Positions 9,656 through 19,732 of a stretch of 64,000 nt of DNA are shown here, one piece after another; the first letter of the stretch is position 1, and the number at the start of each line of letters is the position of its first letter. The stretch is from Myxococcota bacterium. GTDB lineage: Bacteria; Myxococcota_A; UBA796; GCA-2862545. Both the position numbers and the translations under genes were made by a program. Below the pieces are notes generated by a model. It ran no database searches, had not been told where the DNA came from, and was given only the letters and a program-made list of their open reading frames with translations. The stretch lies in the NCBI GenBank assembly GCA_039208735.1, contig JBCCQY010000001.1:96001-160000 (forward strand), in the 5' to 3' direction.

Positions 9656-11343
9656 TCACGGCGTGTAGGGCACACCCCCTAGCGTTTCCCCGTAGGGAAT
9701 CGGCAGGTATTCGAGGTGGATGGGCAGTTGGGTGCTTGTGCCCATGACCGATGCGGCGCCGTAGCCTTCTATCGTCCAACCGCCCTGCTTCAGCCGACGG
9801 CCCAGGGGACTGTTGGCGACCTCGCCCGACATGCCAACCACGGGAGTCTGTAGGGGCACGACGGTGGGGCCGTCGCCGAGCATGTCGCGGGCGCGGAGTC
9901 CCAGCGGGAGGCTCGTGAGGCCCGTCCCATCAATGGCGAGGATGCGGAAGTCCCAAAGTCCCAGTTGCAGGCTCGCAAGTCCGCTCCCATCCAGTTCGAA
10001 CAGCGATACTTCGACGTTATGGCCGTCGACCTGAAGGTTCTGCTTGTCCAAGGTCCCGAGTTGGTCGACACCAGGCCTTGTGATGAGGACGCCGAGGGGA
10101 ATGGACGCCAAACCCGAACCCCCAAGATCGACCAGCGAAAGTCATGGAGAAACCAAGCCAATTACTGCATCGTGAGAGGATTCCCACGACCAGGCGAGCA
10201 AGGCGTCGCTTAGGTCGGCATCCTCGTTGACCGCGCCGATGAAGCGTTGCAGCGCTTGCGTCGCGGTCACGGCGGCGGACGTCCGATGCAAGATGCCTGG
10301 TTCGTCTTCGATGGCGGTGACCGTTAGCTTCCAGGCTGCGACCGCGTCTTTCGAAACCGCATCGTAGGTCCACAACAGGCAGCGGCCCGTATGGTCGGTG
10401 GTGCAACTCTCGCTGGTCGCTCCCTCCCCGAGGACGTCTACGAGGACGTGCAGTCCGGACTGCGCGGGTTGGCCGGACTTGTCGAACACGGTGATCTGGG
10501 CGGCTGGGTAGATGTACCCACCATAGTCCTTGATGAACGGCAGTAGCGCAGCGTGGTACGTCCGGTGCTTGGGCCACGAGGTCGGGCTTTCGCCCTGCAG
10601 GTAGAGGTAGCCGCCGCCCTTTCCGTAGTTGAAATCTGGATAGAGCCCATCGCTTTGCAGGGCAGCAGAGATGTCGATCGGAGCCACCCCCGCGCTCCTG
10701 GCGCGACGATGTCGACCGATCCGGACTTGTTGCTGTAGCCCATCACCCGGGTCAGGTAGCCGGCGTGCCAACCGAGCGAGGAGTCAGGGTAAAGCTGACT
10801 TCCTCCAACGGCAATGACGTTGGGACTGGCGGCCGGCCAGCTCGCCTCCCAAATGCCGTGGTTACCCACGGCAGCAATCATCACCACGCCATGGTCCGTG
10901 GCGTACTGAAGGGCATCTCGCAGCCCTTCGGAGGGGACGTACCCAGGCCGGAACGACAGGCTCATGTTGATGAGGTCCGCGCCATGGTCAACCGCGTGGT
11001 AAAGGCCCTCGATCAGGCCATACTCGTCGTCCCGATTGGTTTCGTCCAGGACTTTGACGGGCATCAATCCTGCGCCAGGGGCCAGCCCCTGGATCGAGTT
11101 GTTTCCTGCGATGATGCTGGCGATGTGGGTGCCGTGGCCACAGTCGTCGTTGGCCCACGGGTCGTCGTTGATGAAGTCGTACGGACTGTGGATGGGCGAG
11201 GACGCGAGAGACGGAGCTTGCGTGTAGGCCACGCCCAATCGGGTGGCCGTCTCATAGGCCACACCCGAGTCAAGCACCGCCACCACGTGGTCGCCAGCGT
11301 TCGCGATGGAGGCCGGCGCGACCATGTTGAGGTGCCACTGCAC
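9656..11343 (-). pseudogene. disrupted S8 subtilase with long C-terminal domain
   Basis: VAVLDSG (Asp), HGTHIAS (His) and AAVGN present; frameshift after DIVAPG (~10695) with no GTSxA Ser motif; in-frame TGA at 10142-10144 joins ORFs 10142..10771 and 9656..10111. Confidence 0.8.
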
Positions 11344-11478
11344 GCCAACGGAGCCCCCGGACGCCGAATACCCCTTGGCGAACGTAGTGCATGAGGGCCT
11401 CCGTGAAGATCACGAAGGGTTCTCGGATCAGCTGCGACCCTCCTTGAACCTTTGCCGCTCGCGGATGTATGAGGCTCC

Positions 11479-12537
11479 ATGGAGCAGCTGTTCGACGAGC
11501 TCACGGCCAACCCCCACGATGACACCCTGTGGCAGGTGTTTGCCGACTGGCTGTGGTCGCAGGGAGACCCGCGCGCGGAGGCGGTGCAGCTCGGTCTACA
11601 GCTCGTCGATGCGCCGCCGTCGGCCGAGCGCGACGAGTGGGTGGCCCGGTATCGAACCTTTTGCGACCTCGGAGCCCTAAAGAACGCCACCCATCTGCGC
11701 CACGTGCGTTGGCGAATGGGGTTCGTCGATAGCGTGACGCTCGACTTGTCCTCGTCCCAAGGGGCCCAGGCGTTCGAAGCGTTGTCGGAGCATCCGGCGG
11801 CGCGTCTCCTCGTCGAGCTTCGGATCATTGGCGCGACCCAAGAGCGACTGCGGCCGATCCTGGCCATGCCGTGCTTGCGGAGACTCAAGGTGCTCGAGCT
11901 GGCCTCGGAGGGTCGGGCGACCCTCGATTCGGCGGTGGCCCTGCCCAGTTTGGTTGAACTCTTCATGTCGACTTACCCGTTGGAGGCCCCGGGCATCGAG
12001 GCCCTGGCTCAATGGCAGCTCCCGCACCTCTCTCGGCTCGACCTTGGCGGGATGCCCCTCGATGCCATGGCCACCCAAGCCCTCGGTCGAGCCCCCTTCC
12101 TCGGTCAACTGCGCGACCTTCACCTGGCCCGATGCCACATCGGCGACGAGGGGTTCGCGGCGATGTTCGGGGTTCCACGTCCTGCATTGCGACGGCTCGA
12201 TCTCGAGGGCAACCGCTTGACGGCTCCATCCCTCGAAGGGTTTCTCCGGGATGTCCCACCGCGACTGTCCCATCTCGATGTGAGCGCGAATCCGCTTCGG
12301 AGTGGGCTGATGCGCATGGGGCGGATGGCGCTGCCGTGGCTCCGTCGTCTCGACGTTCGGAATACGGGGGTGGACGGTTCGGTGCTGGATTCGCTCGGGC
12401 GCTCGACGGGACTCCCGCGCTTAAGCGAACTCGATATCCGAGGCAATCGCGTTCCCACCGCAATCGTGGAAGCGTTTCAACAAACGCCGGTGGGACGCCA
12501 ATTGGGCTACCTCGGCTGGTACGCCCCAAGAGGGTAG
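11479..12537 (+). CDS. TIGR02996-type domain + leucine-rich repeat protein
   Basis: NPHDDTLWQVFADWLWSQGDPRAE; WRMGFV; repeated LxxLDLxxNxL. Confidence 0.85.
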   Translation: MEQLFDELTANPHDDTLWQVFADWLWSQGDPRAEAVQLGLQLVDAPPSAERDEWVARYRTFCDLGALKNATHLRHVRWRMGFVDSVTLDLSSSQGAQAFEALSEHPAARLLVELRIIGATQERLRPILAMPCLRRLKVLELASEGRATLDSAVALPSLVELFMSTYPLEAPGIEALAQWQLPHLSRLDLGGMPLDAMATQALGRAPFLGQLRDLHLARCHIGDEGFAAMFGVPRPALRRLDLEGNRLTAPSLEGFLRDVPPRLSHLDVSANPLRSGLMRMGRMALPWLRRLDVRNTGVDGSVLDSLGRSTGLPRLSELDIRGNRVPTAIVEAFQQTPVGRQLGYLGWYAPRG

Positions 12538-12583
12538 CCATTCCGTCTCGTCGTGGGCAGAAGAGTTTCGCTTCGCGCAGGCC

Positions 12584-14251
12584 TTAGGGGTCGCCGTGAT
12601 CGTTCGCAGGGCGGGCCGTCGACAAGACCTTCACGAGGATGGAGAAGAGGTCCTCGTGCTTGACCGTCGTAGAAGAACGTGGCTGGAGTCCGGGTGTGAA
12701 GCCCTGATCGATGAACGACTGGAGCAGGGTGTCGTCTGAAACCATGACGTGAATGGGCACTTCGGGCCCCTGCCCTTGGGCGAGGAACGGCGGCTGGTGG
12801 TCTCCCATGACCAGGATCACCGAACGTCGGGGAGGAGGCTCTCCGTGCATTTGAGCCACGGATCGAAGTCCGTGTCGGATGCTTCCAAAGTAGTTTTCGC
12901 GTTGTTCGTCGGACGGTGAACGCTCGGGGTCGGCAGCGCGAGACTGGCGTTTGAACCGGCTCACTTGCATGGCGAGTTCGCTGTCGAAGTCGCGTGCGAA
13001 AGCATCGGGGGGTGCGGTATTTGGAAGTTTGTTCCAGATGGTCCACCGCGGCAGAAACGGGGCCTGCACCCGCCACGGCACGTGGGACGACGCAAGGTGG
13101 AAAAACGCAAACAGCGGGGCATCGACGTCGTCGAGGATTTCCCGATTGACGTACCCGATGGTGTATTGGTCGGGAATGCGTCCCCACCCCACCGGAGGGC
13201 CTCTATAGGCCAAATCGTCGGCGAACACCGTGGTGCGGAAACCGAAGGGATTGCTGACCCTCACGCCGGGCCGATCCCGATCTGCAGACTTGATGAGAAC
13301 CGTCGTGTAGCCTTGGTCTGCAAGCACGCCCGGTAGATGAGGGAGCCGGTTGACGAGGGCCATCGCGTGTTCGTACTCGGACTGATGCGCGAGGTGCAAT
13401 CCAAACAATAGGGACGCATCCGCAATCCAGGAACGCCCGCTGTGCACGGGCGCGACTCCGTACGCGCTCGCGGTATGCCATCGAGCCGTGGTGAATCGAC
13501 CGTCCAATCGATCGATCAACATGGCCCACCGGGTGGCGTAGGTTGGGTCGTCAGCGAGAACCTTGCCGTAGCTCTCAATGATGTAGATTCGAAGGTCCGC
13601 GGGATCGGTCACGTTGGGCGGAGCGACCTCGACGGCAGAGCGTTCGCCGATTTCTTCAGCCACTCGGCGATACAGTCGCCAGGATGCCTCGAGATTCTTC
13701 ACGATGCGTGGGGTGGACCAGCGGCCCCGGGGCAGCGCGGGGGCAAGCAGCGAGGCGAGCACGATGAGCCCCACGGCTCCACTGGAGACAGAGGGGCCAA
13801 GGCGATGGAAGGCCCCTTCAAGACGAGCTGCGAGTAGACTGGATGCCGCCCACACGACCCCGGGCGCAATCACCAGCGCGAAGAGTCCAGCCGCCGCCCA
13901 GCCGCCGTAGAGATCGCGGCCCAAGATGTAGAGGTGCCGGCTCAAGAGCAGCGCATCGTACAGTGGGAGATTTTCGTTGGTCGCGTATCGCGCCGCGCCC
14001 AAGGCCCCTTCGACGATGAACAGCAGGGCGAGAACGGCGCCAACGATCCAGGCGCGCCATGTCCCGCGCCAGGGTACCTCCGGGCTTGGCCTTAGCCAGC
14101 TCAGCCCGAAGAGCGCGGCCAGCAGTAGACCCACATCGGCACTGACCCCGAATCGGCCGTAGCCGAGGGCGGTCGGAAGGGAAGGTGCGACGAGCAGAAG
14201 GCTGGCCGCCAGGATTGCCCATCCCGCGTCGGAGTAGTGACGGGTGTCCAT
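12584..14251 (-). CDS. membrane protein with sulfatase/LTA-synthase-like (alkaline phosphatase superfamily) domain
   Basis: About 5 N-terminal TMs; IIESYG, GRSW, SSHVPW and MGDHQP motifs. Confidence 0.75.
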   Translation of the reverse strand: MDTRHYSDAGWAILAASLLLVAPSLPTALGYGRFGVSADVGLLLAALFGLSWLRPSPEVPWRGTWRAWIVGAVLALLFIVEGALGAARYATNENLPLYDALLLSRHLYILGRDLYGGWAAAGLFALVIAPGVVWAASSLLAARLEGAFHRLGPSVSSGAVGLIVLASLLAPALPRGRWSTPRIVKNLEASWRLYRRVAEEIGERSAVEVAPPNVTDPADLRIYIIESYGKVLADDPTYATRWAMLIDRLDGRFTTARWHTASAYGVAPVHSGRSWIADASLLFGLHLAHQSEYEHAMALVNRLPHLPGVLADQGYTTVLIKSADRDRPGVRVSNPFGFRTTVFADDLAYRGPPVGWGRIPDQYTIGYVNREILDDVDAPLFAFFHLASSHVPWRVQAPFLPRWTIWNKLPNTAPPDAFARDFDSELAMQVSRFKRQSRAADPERSPSDEQRENYFGSIRHGLRSVAQMHGEPPPRRSVILVMGDHQPPFLAQGQGPEVPIHVMVSDDTLLQSFIDQGFTPGLQPRSSTTVKHEDLFSILVKVLSTARPANDHGDP

Positions 14252-14358
14252 GGGGGCTCCTCCTATCCGGGTCTTCGGCGGTGGGCGCTCGGAGCATTGG
14301 CCCTGACGCCTGCTTGTAAGGGTTGGCGTTCGCGGGCGGAAACGGTACGGCCTCGGTC

Positions 14359-15018
14359 ATGCGCCAGCTCCTGTTCATCGGACTCCTCGCCCTGTTCTCA
14401 TTGCCCGGCTGCGGCCGTCCATCGGGGACCGAACCGCCTCCTGATGGCTGGGCGAACAACGCACCGACGGTCGTGGAGCAGGTTGTCGAACGCCAAGACA
14501 CCCAATTGTTAGCCGTCAAACAGGGCAAGTGGCGAACCTGGGTCGAAGTGCCCCACGTCGGTGCAAAGGTCGGGGACTACGTCTTGCTGGGCCGAGGAAC
14601 CGCTCGACACGAGGTTGAGATTGCCGAGCTGGGCCAACTGGCGCCTGAGGTGGTCGACATCCCGCACGTCCGCGTGGTGGACTTCGAGACTGCCAAGCGG
14701 GTGGTCGCGGCCAGCACGCCGGCGGGCGCCGTGCCCATCGGTACGGTGTACGCAGAGTTGGACCAACGGGCAGGCCAGGAGGTTGTGGTGTACGGCACCG
14801 TGGCCAAGGCGACGGGAGCGGTGGGCTGGATGTGGGTCCACCTCCAAGATGGCACGGGAGATGCTGCGACAGGCACGCACGACTTGACGGTGCAGACCAA
14901 GCACGCGGTGACTCGAGGTCAGAAAGTGGCGTTTCGGGGTCTGCTTCGGAAGGATGCGGATATCGGCTTTGGGTACCATTACGACGCGCTCGTCGAGGAA
15001 GCCGAGGTCGTACCCTAG
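14359..15018 (+). CDS. OB-fold lipoprotein (NrfJ-like / nucleotide-binding family)
   Basis: Lipobox LPGC; WVHLQDGTG...DLTV...DIGFGYHY pattern. Confidence 0.65.
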   Translation: MRQLLFIGLLALFSLPGCGRPSGTEPPPDGWANNAPTVVEQVVERQDTQLLAVKQGKWRTWVEVPHVGAKVGDYVLLGRGTARHEVEIAELGQLAPEVVDIPHVRVVDFETAKRVVAASTPAGAVPIGTVYAELDQRAGQEVVVYGTVAKATGAVGWMWVHLQDGTGDAATGTHDLTVQTKHAVTRGQKVAFRGLLRKDADIGFGYHYDALVEEAEVVP

Positions 15019-15025
15019 CCCCCGT

Positions 15026-15913
15026 CTACGGCGGTTCGGGCTGGGCGACGCCAATGAGGATGGGACGGTGGTCACTGCCGATCGAGGGCAGGGTCTGACG
15101 CTCGACCACAACGAGTCCGGGGCCGGTCAAGGCGTGATCGAGGGGCAGGCGAAACGGGGCGGGAAGGCCTGCGGGCCAGGTCCCTTCTGGCCAGCCCTGC
15201 TGGGGCGACGGAAAGTGGTTGGACCACGGCGTACAGTTGAGATCACCCACGACGATGGCCCCGGGCTGCTCCAAGCGCTGGGCCACAGCAACCAGGTGGG
15301 CATCGCGATCTCGAGCCATGCGAAGGGACAATGGAGGCATGGGATGGACGACCCGAATCACGCCTCCGTGAGGGAGGGTCCCGACCAGGCTCGGAAGGTC
15401 CGCCGTGCTGAGCGGATCATTGCGCAATCCGATCAGCGGTAGCCGGCTGTATAGGCCCATTCCAAAGGGATCGGACCGCGGAACTTCGAGATGGTAAGGG
15501 TAGCGCTCTCGCAATGACCCAAGTGCCGAACGCCATCCCGACGTGAGCTCGAGGACCGCTACTACGTCAGGATCCTGACGCCTCACGAGACTGAGGAACG
15601 GCGTGGGGTCGTGATTGCGGGCCCAGACATTGGCCATCAGGATGCGGACGGACGCGGTTCTCGATGAGACCGGCGGAGACGGCCACCAGCGTGCACCATG
15701 AACGAGCAGGCTCGCCGCAAACCCCACGACCATCGCGGTCTCACGCGTGGCCAGGGCCCCGGCGACTCCCACCCCCGCGAGGCCCAACGTCCCGATGATG
15801 ACGTGATTGGGGAGATCAAAGAGCCAGAACGCAGGACCCAACCCCCATGCGGCTAGGGCGATGACCTGCCAGCCGAGGAGGATATAGAGAAGCGGTTTGG
15901 ATTGGGCAGCCAT
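15026..15913 (-). CDS. endonuclease/exonuclease/phosphatase family membrane protein
   Basis: 3 TMs, ANV..N, PDVVAVLE, GDLNCTPWS, LDH, GSDHRP. Confidence 0.9.
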   Translation of the reverse strand: MAAQSKPLLYILLGWQVIALAAWGLGPAFWLFDLPNHVIIGTLGLAGVGVAGALATRETAMVVGFAASLLVHGARWWPSPPVSSRTASVRILMANVWARNHDPTPFLSLVRRQDPDVVAVLELTSGWRSALGSLRERYPYHLEVPRSDPFGMGLYSRLPLIGLRNDPLSTADLPSLVGTLPHGGVIRVVHPMPPLSLRMARDRDAHLVAVAQRLEQPGAIVVGDLNCTPWSNHFPSPQQGWPEGTWPAGLPAPFRLPLDHALTGPGLVVVERQTLPSIGSDHRPILIGVAQPEPP

Positions 15914-15922
15914 GCCCTGTAA

Positions 15923-18199
15923 TCACTGGGCGAACGCCTGTGGGCCAATGGCGGCGATACCGCGAATCGTGGGTCCAGGAAGCGGAACCAGACCGAAGGG
16001 CTCGACGCGCCAGTCAGGAGGCTCACAGATTCGTACGAAGGGTGCGGTTCCGCCGGGTCCCACCGCGTCGCGAAGGTCGAAGGTTGCGCCGCCGAGGCGA
16101 GTGCCCACCAGCGTCCAATCCACCCCATCGTCTGAGACGTAGACATCTGCGTTGTCGATGAAGGGCACCTGGAACACCACCAGGTCATCACCCGGACCAT
16201 CGGTTGGAATCACGTCGGTGAAGCGCACAACAAGTTCGTGATCGCAAACGTCCTTGGATTGATTCACGTCGTAGCCCCGCCCCTCGGAGGGACCGAGGGC
16301 GTTGACGGGGTTGTTGCTTCCGCCTTGGTTGGTGGCGCGAATGACTTCGTCGGCCCAGCCGAAAGGGGGCACCGAGATGGTGGTGTCGTCATCAAGGTCC
16401 CAGATGCCGGGTCGTTCCAGGATCGGGGCAAATGCGGCGTAGTGTGATGGAACGTCGGGATCGTCGAGCACCAGCAGATCCAGGACGCAAGCCGCCAGGA
16501 CGGCTTCATCGCGCAACCCTGCGGCTCGGCACCGCACATCGGCGGATCGGATGGCGAACTGCGAAAACGCGGCCAGCGGGTTGGGCGCGTAGGGAAAGTC
16601 ACGAAGGTCGAAGGTCGCGGCGGTTTCCCCTTCGTTGTAGGGAAGCAGGGAGGTCGCATCGTCGAGTCGCCAGCCGTCGGCAAAGGTGGTGTAGCGCTCC
16701 TCGGCAAACGCGCCCGGCGCAAACCCGGTGCCGTCGGCGCGGCGAAGGTCGTCGCTCCGGTCGTCATTGGCCGTCCCGAGGAGCCCACCTGCCGAAGCGG
16801 GATCCGGAGTGCTGCGCGCGACGGCGATGTCGAGCAGGGCAGTTCGGACGTCGATGACAATATGGTCCTCTTCACCGACGACCACCGTGCGCCAGGGCCC
16901 GAAGCGGGTGACCTCCACCCCTTCGGAGGTGACCTGGTCGCCCTCGCCAAGCGGCCGACCCTTGACCAAAACGTCAGCCCCTTCGTCGACGAGGCGCACG
17001 GTGGTCAGGTGATCCCCGATGCGCACAGCCACTGCGGTGGCGCCACTCGCGCTCTTGCCAATCGGTTCGTAGCGGGCCTGAACCTCAAAGCCCGGCCGCC
17101 GGCTGAGCACGAACTCACCTGCGGCTTGGAAGTCGTACCGGACCCCATCGAAGGTCGCGATGTGGGGGTCGCCAGTGCTCGTTGCGGCGCTGCCGTCGGG
17201 CAGCCCTTCATCGCCAGGCCCCGTGGATTCGCTGCCTGGGTCGGGTTCACCAAGGGTTTCGATGAGCGTGGTGGCGGCGGCCAGCAGATCGTCGGTCGTA
17301 TACGACATCCGTCGCAAATAGTCGTTGCTCCGAATGCCTCCGCCGACATCGATCACGGTCCCGGTGGCGTCGTAGGCAGCTTCAAGGCCGTCATGGGAGG
17401 GCAACACGGGGGTGATGAACTCATTGAGGACCGCCCCAATGACGACCATCGCTCCATGGTCCTCCAAGTCTCGCAGCAGTTGGTTGGCCCGCGCTCGTTC
17501 TTCGGCGGTCGGCGGTTGGCGGAGCGCTTCGACGGCGTCGATCGCGTCTCGTCCCGTTCGAACGACCCCCAGTCCACCCCGCAGGGGCCCCTCACAGCTG
17601 ACCGCAATGCGGACTTCGTCGGCGTAGCCCTCCAATTCCCCTCCCGGACACGTGCCGGGTTTGCCGTCGGCGAGGGCGGCTCGGTGGGCCTGTCCCAAGG
17701 GCGAAAGCGCGACGATGCGTTCCACGGGATCGGGGTTTCCTGGGGTGATGCGGAGTGCTTCGACGATGTCGACGTTCCCATCTCCGTCGAGATCCATCAC
17801 TGTCCCGAGGCGGCCTGGTTCGGCCACCTGGACCCCAAGCAGGCGATTGGCCAGTGAGGTGAGCACCGTGCCGCGTGCATCCTCACCGAGCGGCACATAC
17901 CAAGCGGGCTGTTCGAAGGGGAGCCGGCCGGCAGAGATGCGCTCCTCCGCCATGACGGGAGCGTCGGGGGCGGGTGCGTCCCAGGTGAGGTGACCCGTCC
18001 ATTGCTCGGGTTGCGGGGCCCAGGCCTCGGGAAGGCGCAAGGGACCTCGGCGAATCTCGTAGGTCAAGCCATCTTGGGCCGGCTCATCGTGGAGGCCCTG
18101 CAATGTGACCGGAAACGGACCTTCGAGGACCGTGGGGCCTGGGTCAGAGGGTGAGTTCGCGCACCCGACCCCTGCGACCCATCCTATCCACCACCGCAT
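15923..18199 (-). CDS. VWD-domain-containing lipoprotein
   Basis: Lipobox VGC; STGDPHIATFDGVRYDFQAAGEFVL and GGLLG..N VWD signatures. Confidence 0.8.
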   Translation of the reverse strand: MRWWIGWVAGVGCANSPSDPGPTVLEGPFPVTLQGLHDEPAQDGLTYEIRRGPLRLPEAWAPQPEQWTGHLTWDAPAPDAPVMAEERISAGRLPFEQPAWYVPLGEDARGTVLTSLANRLLGVQVAEPGRLGTVMDLDGDGNVDIVEALRITPGNPDPVERIVALSPLGQAHRAALADGKPGTCPGGELEGYADEVRIAVSCEGPLRGGLGVVRTGRDAIDAVEALRQPPTAEERARANQLLRDLEDHGAMVVIGAVLNEFITPVLPSHDGLEAAYDATGTVIDVGGGIRSNDYLRRMSYTTDDLLAAATTLIETLGEPDPGSESTGPGDEGLPDGSAATSTGDPHIATFDGVRYDFQAAGEFVLSRRPGFEVQARYEPIGKSASGATAVAVRIGDHLTTVRLVDEGADVLVKGRPLGEGDQVTSEGVEVTRFGPWRTVVVGEEDHIVIDVRTALLDIAVARSTPDPASAGGLLGTANDDRSDDLRRADGTGFAPGAFAEERYTTFADGWRLDDATSLLPYNEGETAATFDLRDFPYAPNPLAAFSQFAIRSADVRCRAAGLRDEAVLAACVLDLLVLDDPDVPSHYAAFAPILERPGIWDLDDDTTISVPPFGWADEVIRATNQGGSNNPVNALGPSEGRGYDVNQSKDVCDHELVVRFTDVIPTDGPGDDLVVFQVPFIDNADVYVSDDGVDWTLVGTRLGGATFDLRDAVGPGGTAPFVRICEPPDWRVEPFGLVPLPGPTIRGIAAIGPQAFAQ

Positions 18200-18262
18200 C
18201 GAGCACTCCTGTGCAGGTTTGCTCTCGGTAAAGGACCAGACGACGTGCGCCCATGCCCATGA

Positions 18263-19072
18263 TCATGGGGTTGCGGTGACGAATCGCCGGACGAAGCTCA
18301 CGATGAGTCGATTGACTTGGTCGGAGGCTTCGGCGTGGAGGAAGTGACCCACCCCGGCCAGCACGACGCGCTCCGAGGTGGGCGCGATGCTCCGGATCTT
18401 GTCGGTAAGTTCGGGGGCGGCGTAGTTGAACTCCCCGGCGTTGAGCGCGAGGACGGGCACTTCGATGGGGGCTTGGTCGGTGTCTTCGATGGTCAGGATG
18501 GCGTTGGTCAGATCCTTCACGACGAAGGGAGGGGCCGCCAACATCGTGGTTGAAATCTTCGTCTTCAGGTCATCGGGGGTGTGCTTGCTCATCATTTGAC
18601 CGACGAACGAGCCCCAGATCGACCGGTACAAGGGCGTCCGCATGAGCATTCCAACGCCGCCATAGACGCAGCCAAAGGGCTCGTAGTACACCAGGCCGTC
18701 CAGTGCGATGTAGGCGAGAAACCGCTCGGGCACGCGTGCATACAGCCGCCTAACCACCAACTCACCCATGCTGTGCCCGATGAAGATGGCCTGTTGGATG
18801 CCGAGCTCGGACAACACCGTGCGAACCGCCTCCACCATGAAGTCGAGGGTGTAGGAAACCTCTGGTACGTCGCTGCGGCCATGGCCGGGCAGATCGATTC
18901 GAACCACCCGACCCAATTCCCCCAACGGAGTGACCTGGTCCTCGAAGAACGTCAAATTGCAGGCCAAACCGTGGATGAGCACGAATGTGGGGCCCTCCTC
19001 TCCAGCGCTTCGCACGTACACTCGATGGGTGTTGGGTGGCCGATGCACCTCCACAAATCGCTCTTCGTCCAA
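18263..19072 (-). CDS. alpha/beta hydrolase
   Basis: LIHGL, DLPGHGRS, GHSMG, GHF; TTG start with GGAGGG RBS. Confidence 0.88.
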   Translation of the reverse strand: MDEERFVEVHRPPNTHRVYVRSAGEEGPTFVLIHGLACNLTFFEDQVTPLGELGRVVRIDLPGHGRSDVPEVSYTLDFMVEAVRTVLSELGIQQAIFIGHSMGELVVRRLYARVPERFLAYIALDGLVYYEPFGCVYGGVGMLMRTPLYRSIWGSFVGQMMSKHTPDDLKTKISTTMLAAPPFVVKDLTNAILTIEDTDQAPIEVPVLALNAGEFNYAAPELTDKIRSIAPTSERVVLAGVGHFLHAEASDQVNRLIVSFVRRFVTATP

Positions 19073-19155
19073 GGTTCCCTCCCCCTGGCCACTATGACGT
19101 CTGGTGAAACAACTCGGGCGACGCGTCGTAGGGGCAGCAAACCCGATGAGGGGGA

Positions 19156-19665
19156 GTGATGTTTCGACGTAGACCAATGCCAATGATCCTACGGATCGCG
19201 ATCCTCGGGTTGTTTGCGGGTGTGTTTGTCATGGCGGTTTTGCCTTCGATCATTGGCATGATCACGGTTCGCTACCAGACCCAGCAGCTGATGGAAGACT
19301 TCGCGGCCACAGAAGAAGACCGTGCGTTGGCACAGGATCTGAATGAGCGTGCCTTCGAAGCAGGTTCGGACCTCAAGTTCGACCCGCAAGCGGTCGCGCA
19401 TGCCCGACGGATGGGGCAGCTCGACGAGGTTCACGAGGTGGCTGACGAGATGTTCGGCCAACAGGTTGAACACGTCGAGCCTGACACCACCCCAAGGCGT
19501 CACAACGGGGCGTTTTATCGGGATGCGAACCCGGAACCCGAAGTGGAAGGAGGCATGCCCCTTTGGGTCGGACTCCTGGCTGTGGTCGGCTTGGTCTTTG
19601 CCTCGCTGGCGGCGTTAGGAGCCGCATTCACCTCGCTCATGAGCCGGTCTGACCCCGGATCATAG
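19156..19665 (+). CDS. hypothetical protein with N- and C-terminal TM helices
   Basis: Two hydrophobic segments; start uncertain. Confidence 0.6.
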   Translation: MMFRRRPMPMILRIAILGLFAGVFVMAVLPSIIGMITVRYQTQQLMEDFAATEEDRALAQDLNERAFEAGSDLKFDPQAVAHARRMGQLDEVHEVADEMFGQQVEHVEPDTTPRRHNGAFYRDANPEPEVEGGMPLWVGLLAVVGLVFASLAALGAAFTSLMSRSDPGS

Positions 19666-19732
19666 CCGAGGTTAGCCCTTGCGAAAACCGACCTTGCATT
19701 ATCGCAAAGCGTTCGTGCCATACGGTGTCGGC

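Noticed and set aside
9620..9660. tRNA as integration site of an island or prophage
   Set aside because: No integrase and no duplicated tRNA 3' end seen in the window
10142..10144. Selenocysteine recoding of the in-frame TGA
   Set aside because: No redox-motif context, no SECIS recognised, and the gene has a second inactivating lesion
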